Made by a program: the position numbers and the translations under genes. The notes below the pieces were generated by a model. It was not told where the DNA came from. It worked only from the letters and a program-made list of their open reading frames with translations, and made no database searches. Of a stretch of 44,389 nucleotides of DNA, positions 8,690 to 14,984 are shown in pieces (positions within the stretch are counted from its first letter, which is position 1; every line of letters begins with the position of its first letter). Source of the stretch: Nanobdellota archaeon (GTDB taxonomy: Archaea > Nanobdellota > Nanobdellia > SCGC-AAA011-G17 > GW2011-AR17); NCBI GenBank assembly GCA_018830945.1, contig JAHJRD010000002.1, positions 1 through 44,389 on the forward strand, read 5' to 3'.

Positions 8690-9478
8690 ATGAAAACACC
8701 AAAAGCAAAGCTTGAAGAACTGGAACATATGCTGGTTAACTCTATTAATCATGAACTTAGCACATTTTATAATCCCTGTTTTCATAATGAACCGGGATAT
8801 GACTACGATTTAGATGAAGACATTCCAATGGAAGTTATAAGAGAAGTTATCAAAAGGTATTTGGATGTGGGCTGGCAAGCGGGATATCATAAAAAATGGG
8901 GCATAAACAGGCACGGCGGAAAGATAGATGTTATCATATTCAGAAAAAGAGGGGTTTCCGAAGCAGGTGAAACAGAAAGCCTAGGGGAGGAATGCAGGGG
9001 GTGTAATTTAACAAAACAAGAAAAAGAAAAGCTTGGGCTTGACAAAAAAGTGCAGATAGTTTGGGATGATGAGATACAAGGGTTTAAGGCTGAAGGCAAG
9101 GCGGTGGATGTTATCCCCCTGGGAACGCCTATGCTCGCCAGAATCTACTGTGTCTCTTGCGATTACGGCGGGGATACTTCGTATAAGGCAACAAGAAATG
9201 CGGTGCCTTTTGACAGGATAAACGAAGCATTCAACGCTTACCTTAAGGAAAATCCATACAAGACATCAATGGAAGGGGTGCGGGCGAAGCTTGATGCAGC
9301 AAGGCTGGATGCAAACGCCTCTTTGCTGGAAAAAGCAAAATATTTCAGTGTAGGAAACCGATACTCAACCAAGATGTCCAGTTTAGGCTTGGGGATAGAT
9401 GAGAAGCCGCAGAAAACAATAATTGTGCCTGTTGCACTGTATCGTGATAAAGAAAAAACAAAAAAAGGAGGCAAGTAA
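8690..9478 (+). CDS. Operon-A gene 3: hypothetical protein
   Basis: 262-aa ORF. Its N-terminus MKTPKAKLEELE and upstream context gggagaaataaaaATG duplicate those of gene 1 (MKTPEAELERL). No known motif recognised. Confidence 0.55.
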   Translation: MKTPKAKLEELEHMLVNSINHELSTFYNPCFHNEPGYDYDLDEDIPMEVIREVIKRYLDVGWQAGYHKKWGINRHGGKIDVIIFRKRGVSEAGETESLGEECRGCNLTKQEKEKLGLDKKVQIVWDDEIQGFKAEGKAVDVIPLGTPMLARIYCVSCDYGGDTSYKATRNAVPFDRINEAFNAYLKENPYKTSMEGVRAKLDAARLDANASLLEKAKYFSVGNRYSTKMSSLGLGIDEKPQKTIIVPVALYRDKEKTKKGGK

Positions 9479-9479
9479 A

Positions 9480-10292
9480 ATGACAGCCAATCCATGCAAA
9501 TCAAGGATAATGAAAGAAAGCGGAGAAATCTTAGAAGCGCATTTCCACAACGGCTTCCATCCTGCGAAGGATATTATAGCCCTGAAAGCAGAGGGGCTTG
9601 AAGTGATAACCGCAATGGAGCTTGCAGAGGCAAGAATTGCAAGCAAAGATATTCCTCCTGTTGTCAGGGAGATTTGGTCCCCGCAATTTAACTGCGTCGC
9701 TGGCAAAATACGCGCGCCAGGCAGCCCGATTCTCACAGATATGTTCTTTTTAGCTGAGAATTTCAATTACATGCTCAACGGAGACATACTTGTTGCATCC
9801 CGCGAATACAGCCCTATCCTGAGGTTTCCGGAAAAAGCACAAGAAAGACACAAATATGGCAAGGAGTTTTATCTTGATGACGCCATTGTTAATGAGCTTA
9901 TGGCTCATGCGGAAACAGACCCTAAAAAAGCAATAAAAAGCGGGGTCCTGCGCATACAGGGCTGGAGAGGCGGATTGGCTGACCGCTATTTTATGGAACT
10001 GCCTACAATGTATCTTGCAGGATACCCGCTCGCGCAGTTCCTTTTCAGGAATTTTGCAGGACCATACGGCCGCTTTCTCAACAGCCTTGGGGAAACAAGC
10101 ATCCCCGTCGCTGCAGCGCACTCAAATTACGCAACGCGGCAGGAAAAGCCGTTCGCAAGGCCTTTAGTAATGGGGCATATTGACTATCCTGAACTTGACG
10201 GCGATAATGAAGATGTATATAATGGATATCATTCCATCCTTTACGGCAGTGTTTGCGGAATGCGCCGGATACACGGAGCTAATGCACAATGA
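9480..10292 (+). CDS. Operon-A gene 4: hypothetical protein
   Basis: The ATG at 9480 lies 1 nt after the gene-3 stop and is preceded by aaaggagg. The ORF-track start at 9423 is a TTG inside gene 3. No known motif recognised. Confidence 0.55.
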   Translation: MTANPCKSRIMKESGEILEAHFHNGFHPAKDIIALKAEGLEVITAMELAEARIASKDIPPVVREIWSPQFNCVAGKIRAPGSPILTDMFFLAENFNYMLNGDILVASREYSPILRFPEKAQERHKYGKEFYLDDAIVNELMAHAETDPKKAIKSGVLRIQGWRGGLADRYFMELPTMYLAGYPLAQFLFRNFAGPYGRFLNSLGETSIPVAAAHSNYATRQEKPFARPLVMGHIDYPELDGDNEDVYNGYHSILYGSVCGMRRIHGANAQ

Positions 10293-10990
10293 TAGGCGCT
10301 TTTTTTGAAGGGCTTGATGAAATAATGAAGAATTATGAAGCATATCTGCCATGCACACCAAAGCCATTTGAGCTTACGCCTGTAGCACATAGAGCATTCA
10401 GGGAAGCTTGTGGTCTGGAATTGCCAATCTTGACGCCTGAGCAGATTAATCTTTTTCTGCAGGCAACGACCGCATTTCAGGGCAGTAAAAACTACTCATT
10501 CAATACAGGATTGTTCCTTTCAAGGCTGATGCAGGACAGCCATAAAGCGGGGCATTCAAAGTTTGACCTTGATACCAGTGCTCTGGATAAGCAAGTGGAA
10601 TATATTGGATACGATCTTTCTGGAACAGAAAAGTGCCCAGTACAACTATTGATACGAAACAATGCAGGCTATGGATTATGTGAGCATGCAAGATATGTGA
10701 AGGTTTATGCAAGGCGCGTTGGCGACTGGTGCGGAATGAACGCCCAAGACCTTACAGTCATCGCTGAAAAAGTGGGATATGGCTGCGGCGACCATTCAAT
10801 GTGCATGACAGTCTATGCTGACGAAGTGGGGAACTACTGCGGCTTTGATTCATGCAGAATGACAGTGCATACCGGAAAAATAGGAGAGAATTATGGGTGC
10901 GGCGAAGAAGAGATATGGAAATTTACATTAAAAGAGCGCAGCCTAAGAATGATGGCAAAGCTGAAACGCGCGCTCGCAAACGGGCTGTAA
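10289..10990 (+). CDS. Operon-A gene 5: paralog of gene 1 (shared central domain plus degenerate Cys-containing 19-aa repeats)
   Basis: INLFLQATTAFQGSKNYSFNTGLFLSRLMQDSHKAGHSKFDLDTSAL aligns with INRFLQVTIAYKAHEKYGNNTGLFVTRLIQNSYDAGYDSFRLDTRAL of gene 1. The C-terminal repeats are VGDWCGMNAQDLTV / VGYGCGDHSMCMTV / VGNYCGFDSCRMTV. The start overlaps the gene-4 stop (ATGA). Confidence 0.6.
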   Translation: MIGAFFEGLDEIMKNYEAYLPCTPKPFELTPVAHRAFREACGLELPILTPEQINLFLQATTAFQGSKNYSFNTGLFLSRLMQDSHKAGHSKFDLDTSALDKQVEYIGYDLSGTEKCPVQLLIRNNAGYGLCEHARYVKVYARRVGDWCGMNAQDLTVIAEKVGYGCGDHSMCMTVYADEVGNYCGFDSCRMTVHTGKIGENYGCGEEEIWKFTLKERSLRMMAKLKRALANGL

Positions 10991-11017
10991 GCCAAAACAT
11001 ATGCAACACACGAAGAA

Positions 11018-13021
11018 TTATCTCACATACCTTACAATCCAGCACTCTTTCAATGACTTGATGTCAGCAAACCTTGATATGATTTCCTTTGCTTTCTCAA
11101 CATTGAATTTCGCGTCAAGCTTTTCAGCCTTCAGCCTTCCAAACTCAGGCTTTTCATACGATGCAAAATTTTTCAATGAAGAAAACAGCTTAAGGCTTTC
11201 TGAAACAGAGTAAGAATCGCCGTCTTTTTCAAAATACCCTTTCTTTACCAAGATAGTAATCAGGTCATACAAGTCAGAGAACTGAACCCCTGACTTTGCA
11301 AACAATTCAGCAGGCTTGAACCTTGCCATCTGCATTGCTGTCTTAAACACCCTGTCCTGCTGCGGCGACAGCTCCTCAAGCCCGAACTCAAGCAGCTTTG
11401 AGCCCTCGCCTGAATCAACATTAGTCATTGCTTTTCCAGAAAACAAGTCAATCAATAAATTAAACTCATCCTTGCCCTGCCTGCACAGCATGAACACAGC
11501 AGGAGACAATACTGTTGTTACTTTAATGCCTTCCATCAGCTCCAAGTCTCTTGCAGTAATCTTCGGCGTGATAAGCAAAAGCATGTCCTCAACAGCGTCG
11601 TCTGAAAGAGATGACTCATTCATTGAAAGAATGTTAACAGCCTCACCGCCGTGCTTTGTCCTTCTTGGCCTGATATTGACAAACAAAGGCAAATCAATAA
11701 CTCCGGTTACAAGCGCTGTGCCAACAGGAAGGTCCTTAATCTCTTTTTCAGTTTCAGCTGTAATCCCCTCAATTGAATTTGACAATGCCTTTATGTCATG
11801 GGGGTTAGTGACTTTCATTATTATCTGCGTTGATACTTGTGAAATTACGCTCTTATCCAAACGGCTCGGCCTTTGCGAAATAACGCACATGCCCATTCCG
11901 AACTTCCTGCCTTCTGCAGTAACCTGCCTGATGATAGAGCTTGACTTTGCCTCTCCAAAATTGCGTTCAGGGCAGAAGTTCTGCGCCTCCTCAATTACCA
12001 AAAAGAAAGGGGGGATGTTGCCTTTTTTTCTTGCAGTGAACAAGTCGTTTGTAATCTTATAGACAATCACTTCCTGCACCTCAGGCGGAATGCCGCGAAG
12101 ATTAATTATCGAACACTTGTCCTGCTGAACCAGCTCAGAAGAAAGCGTTGGATTCTCAGACAGCAGGTCAAGCTTTTTAATGTATTCAAGCATGTTAATC
12201 AATGTCCATTTTGAGCTGCTTTCCTCAGAAGCCTCTAATTCAAAAACAAGCTCATTAAAGTCAGCATTTCCGCCTAAATTCTTCAATGCAGAATACAATA
12301 TGCCTAACTGCGAGCTTGAAAGCTTTGCAGGAAGAAGATGTATGAGCTCAGCAGGCGTAAGCCCCTTGCTGTTTAACTTTAACGGCTTTGCATTCGGGTT
12401 TAATTCAATGTCAGGGGAAAACTCCCTTACCTGCCTTGCATAGGCTTTTGGCTTTAAGCCGAATTCAGAAAGCTTTTCAGAATCAGTATTTGCGTTTGCC
12501 AGGGAAGAATACTCGCCGTGAGGGTCAATTATTACCAATGGAACTTTCTTGTCCAAAAGCTCCTCAAGAATCACAGCAGATGTATAGCTTTTTCCAGAGC
12601 CTGACTTGCCTGTCACAAAAATGTGCTTTGTTATTAATTTGTTTAAATCCAAGCTTATTTTCAGGTTCTTTCTTCCGTCCAATACGCCGATATAAGCTGC
12701 GTTTTTCAATGCCTCAAGCCCTAAAGTTGCTTTCACAAAATCATCATCAGCCCTTACAACCTCTGTATTGTATTCAAAGGGAAATGAAAGTGTTTTTAAG
12801 ACATTGTTCTTATCCCTGAACCCTATGACATTGCAGTAGCCGATTGTGTTATTTGAAGTATGCTCAATCTCCATTATTTGTGCTAATACATTGCCAAGCT
12901 CCTTGTGAGCCACTTTCACATACCCGAACTTGTGCGCATTGCCCTCTACAGTGAAAGAGAAGGTGTTTGTTGAGACTTTTCCTGTAATTCTTCCTAAGGA
13001 CATATTGGTTTTAATGGGCAT
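11018..13021 (-). CDS. herA: HerA/DUF87-type P-loop ATPase with C-terminal extension of about 200 aa
   Basis: Walker A is FVTGKSGSGKSYT and Walker B is FFLVIEEAQNF. An N-terminal barrel-like segment reads GRITGKVSTNTFSFTVEG...GYVKV. The ORF-track start at 13096 is a TTG inside a repeat element, so I used the ATG at 13019-13021 (an alternative ATG lies at 13001-13003). No NurA-like partner is adjacent. Confidence 0.8.
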   Translation of the reverse strand: MPIKTNMSLGRITGKVSTNTFSFTVEGNAHKFGYVKVAHKELGNVLAQIMEIEHTSNNTIGYCNVIGFRDKNNVLKTLSFPFEYNTEVVRADDDFVKATLGLEALKNAAYIGVLDGRKNLKISLDLNKLITKHIFVTGKSGSGKSYTSAVILEELLDKKVPLVIIDPHGEYSSLANANTDSEKLSEFGLKPKAYARQVREFSPDIELNPNAKPLKLNSKGLTPAELIHLLPAKLSSSQLGILYSALKNLGGNADFNELVFELEASEESSSKWTLINMLEYIKKLDLLSENPTLSSELVQQDKCSIINLRGIPPEVQEVIVYKITNDLFTARKKGNIPPFFLVIEEAQNFCPERNFGEAKSSSIIRQVTAEGRKFGMGMCVISQRPSRLDKSVISQVSTQIIMKVTNPHDIKALSNSIEGITAETEKEIKDLPVGTALVTGVIDLPLFVNIRPRRTKHGGEAVNILSMNESSLSDDAVEDMLLLITPKITARDLELMEGIKVTTVLSPAVFMLCRQGKDEFNLLIDLFSGKAMTNVDSGEGSKLLEFGLEELSPQQDRVFKTAMQMARFKPAELFAKSGVQFSDLYDLITILVKKGYFEKDGDSYSVSESLKLFSSLKNFASYEKPEFGRLKAEKLDAKFNVEKAKEIISRFADIKSLKECWIVRYVR

Positions 13022-13040
13022 TGTGTTTATTAAGATTGCT

Positions 13041-13110
13041 GTAATGGAGGATAGTGATAGAAGGAGCAGCCTCCGGCGTGGTTTTATTGTTTTCAATGGT
13101 TATGCACGCT
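13041..13110. repeat. Direct repeat copy 1 (70 bp), left boundary of TA cassette
   Basis: gtaatggaggatagtg[ata]gaaggagcagcctccggcgtggttttattgttttcaatggttatgcacgct is identical to 14918-14984 apart from a 3-bp indel. Confidence 0.9.
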
Positions 13111-13272
13111 AAAAGTGAATTTCTTGTTAGGGGCTTTTTCACTTACAAACGAGTAGCCTTTTCCTCGACTTCTCCGTTCCTCGCCCTGCGGTGCTCGACC
13201 TGACCAGCCCTGAGCTCGCCAGAGGCACAGGGTGCCTAACAGCCATTAGGCAACATAAGGCTCGGAGATTTC

Positions 13273-13506
13273 CTAAACCGCCAGCCTAAATTTTTCATAA
13301 TCTTCTTTAGTTAATTTTACCTGATTTAAAATTTCCCGCAAAAGTCCCTTTCCAATTTCTTCATTGCCATGGACAGGAACAACGGTTATCCGGCCATCTG
13401 GATGCCTATACCTTATATGACTTCCTCTTTGATGAAGCTTTTCAAAACCCCTTTTTTCAAGAAGTTTACATAATTTTTTACCAGAAATTGTAACTAATTT
13501 AGTCAT
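13273..13506 (-). CDS. hicA: HicA-family toxin (mRNA interferase)
   Basis: The 77-aa product reads GKKLCKLLEKRGFEKLHQRGSHIRYRHPDGRITVVPVHGNEEIGKGLLREIL, the typical HicA dsRBD-like pattern with a G-S-H catalytic region. It overlaps hicB by 4 nt. Confidence 0.85.
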   Translation of the reverse strand: MTKLVTISGKKLCKLLEKRGFEKLHQRGSHIRYRHPDGRITVVPVHGNEEIGKGLLREILNQVKLTKEDYEKFRLAV

Positions 13507-13730
13507 GATGCAACAGGAACCTCAACTTGCTGGATTCCTATAAATTTCAAGGGTTCATACAAGAATTCTTCGGCTTCTATACAAACTTGGATAGCTTCTT
13601 TCACTCTTGTTACAGCTTCTTCCACACTCTTCCCTTGACTATAGCATCCAGGAATATCAGGTACTTTTGCTACATAAATCCCATCTTCATCCTGTTCAAT
13701 AATCACCGTATAATTTGAAAATTTTACCAT
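13503..13730 (-). CDS. hicB: HicB-family antitoxin (UPF0150)
   Basis: YTVIIEQDEDGIYVAKVPDIPGCYSQGKSVEEAVTRVKEAIQ is the classic HicB N-terminal fold pattern. It lies upstream of and overlaps hicA. Confidence 0.85.
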   Translation of the reverse strand: MVKFSNYTVIIEQDEDGIYVAKVPDIPGCYSQGKSVEEAVTRVKEAIQVCIEAEEFLYEPLKFIGIQQVEVPVAS

Positions 13731-13806
13731 AGAATAATTAGTGTACGAAGGAGTATATAAAAATATCGGAAATCTCCTCTGCCTTGCGCTCCACCCTCGC
13801 TCGCTA

Positions 13807-13876
13807 GGAACTTTTATTCCTAATTTTAGGAACTTTTATATCCAAAAACTTTATAAATAAATGGAACTTATATTCC
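13807..13876. promoter_or_regulatory. Three operator-like GGAACTT(T)TAT(A)TTCC sites bracketing a TATA box
   Basis: Sites lie at 13807-13820, 13829-13843 and 13863-13876, each with GGAA...TTCC dyad symmetry. The TATA-like ctttataaataa at about 13849-13860 is about 26 nt upstream of the ATG at 13880, a leaderless geometry. Confidence 0.45.
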
Positions 13877-13879
13877 TAT

Positions 13880-14311
13880 ATGACTGCAAAAGAAATCCAC
13901 AAAGAGCACATAAAGGAGCACATACAGGAAATTGAAGATGCAATAGCAATAGGCATAGAAAGAAGGCCCGCAACAATCGGGCTACATGTTTCCGCGTGCT
14001 CGATAGAGCTCTTGGAATTGTACCTGCATGCAATGGGCAAGATAACCGCCGGGACAATGATTAAGCATGGATGGTTCAAGGCTCCCAAGCCCGGGCAAAA
14101 GATTGAGCCCTTGGCTGACAGGAAGCTCGGAGTCAGCTTTCCTGCAAAAGACGATATTCTTTCCCTAATGTATACCATAGAGGATGAAAGAAACAAGACA
14201 ATATACGGCAAGCCAAGCAATGCCGGCGTAAGCGCGATTCTGGCGGCATTCCAAAAGCTGCACAAGATTATAAAAGAAAGGCTGCATGGCTTGGGTGAAG
14301 AAATTGAATAG
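13880..14311 (+). CDS. HEPN-like helical protein, cognate of NTase 14286-14921
   Basis: Helical 143-aa protein with EDERNKTIYGKPSNAG, the same R-N-x(3-5)-Y-G motif as the other two NTase partners. It overlaps the downstream NTase gene. Confidence 0.5.
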   Translation: MTAKEIHKEHIKEHIQEIEDAIAIGIERRPATIGLHVSACSIELLELYLHAMGKITAGTMIKHGWFKAPKPGQKIEPLADRKLGVSFPAKDDILSLMYTIEDERNKTIYGKPSNAGVSAILAAFQKLHKIIKERLHGLGEEIE

Positions 14312-14921
14312 GCAGACACCGCGCGCAATTGCCTATTGCTATGATGCATTGGGCTTTCTTTTTATGGAGCCTGATGCATATGCTCTTATAAACAGCATTT
14401 ACCTGCACGGCTCTGCAGCAAGAGGCTCGCTTACGGAAAAAAGCGATATGGACCTGTTTTTAGATACGGCAGATGAAAACGCAGGAGCAATAGAAAAAAT
14501 CGCTGTCAATGCGATAAAGCGGTTTTATAATTCAAATGATTATGAAAAATGGAAACGCCTTGGTTTTTTGCATACAATCTCAGTAATGGCAGGGGCATTG
14601 GAGAAATGGGAGCTTAAGCAAGGCATTATGGCTGACGGCATATTATTGTACTCAAAAAAAACCGCTTTAATGCCGGCTGAACGCAGGGTGATGTTCATAT
14701 TTAAAATTCCAAAAATAAAAAAGAAATACCTGAAGTTTACAAGGGCCTTTTTCGGTAGAAAAGAAGCAGGGTACAAAGATAAGGGAATTCTTGGAAAAGT
14801 AAAAGGCGATAAGATAAGCGCGAATGCCATAATTGTGCCTAAAGAGAGCCAGCAGGAAACAGAGAGGGCGCTGCAAAAAGAAGGCATAGATTATTCCATG
14901 AAGGAGATTTGCCTTCTGTAA
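14286..14921 (+). CDS. Nucleotidyltransferase-domain protein (MNT-like)
   Basis: IYLHGSAARGSLTEKSDMDLFLD is the G-S-x(n)-D-x-D NTase motif. Its stop codon is the first TAA of direct-repeat copy 2. Confidence 0.75.
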   Translation: MAWVKKLNRQTPRAIAYCYDALGFLFMEPDAYALINSIYLHGSAARGSLTEKSDMDLFLDTADENAGAIEKIAVNAIKRFYNSNDYEKWKRLGFLHTISVMAGALEKWELKQGIMADGILLYSKKTALMPAERRVMFIFKIPKIKKKYLKFTRAFFGRKEAGYKDKGILGKVKGDKISANAIIVPKESQQETERALQKEGIDYSMKEICLL

Positions 14922-14984
14922 TGGAGGATAGTGGAAGGAGCAGCCTCCGGCGTGGTTTTATTGTTTTCAATGGTTATGCACGCT
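14918..14984. repeat. Direct repeat copy 2 (67 bp), right boundary of TA cassette
   Basis: See 13041-13110. This copy contains the stop and last three codons of the minus-strand gene 14974-16773, and the stop of the plus-strand NTase gene. Confidence 0.9.

Noticed and set aside
11316-12062. 248-aa ORF antisense to herA, and similar long antisense ORFs inside pepF (29032-29649), alaS (32060-32650), rpoA'' (36306-36902), rpoA' (39410-39901), rpoB' (40612-41142, 41605-42045) and XPD (1727-2185)
   Set aside because: Each lies wholly within a confidently identified gene on the other strand. They are Ser/Leu/Phe-rich, as is typical of antisense frames, and show no motifs or start contexts.
13022-13096. 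N-terminal extensions in the ORF track that begin at non-ATG codons (herA 13096 TTG; 16791 GTG; 5078 TTG; 9423 TTG; 19914 TTG; 25600 TTG; 37525 GTG)
   Set aside because: I checked the codons directly. In each case an in-frame ATG with a better Shine-Dalgarno-like or TATA context, or an ATGA stop/start overlap, lies a few codons downstream. The extensions run into repeats or the preceding gene.
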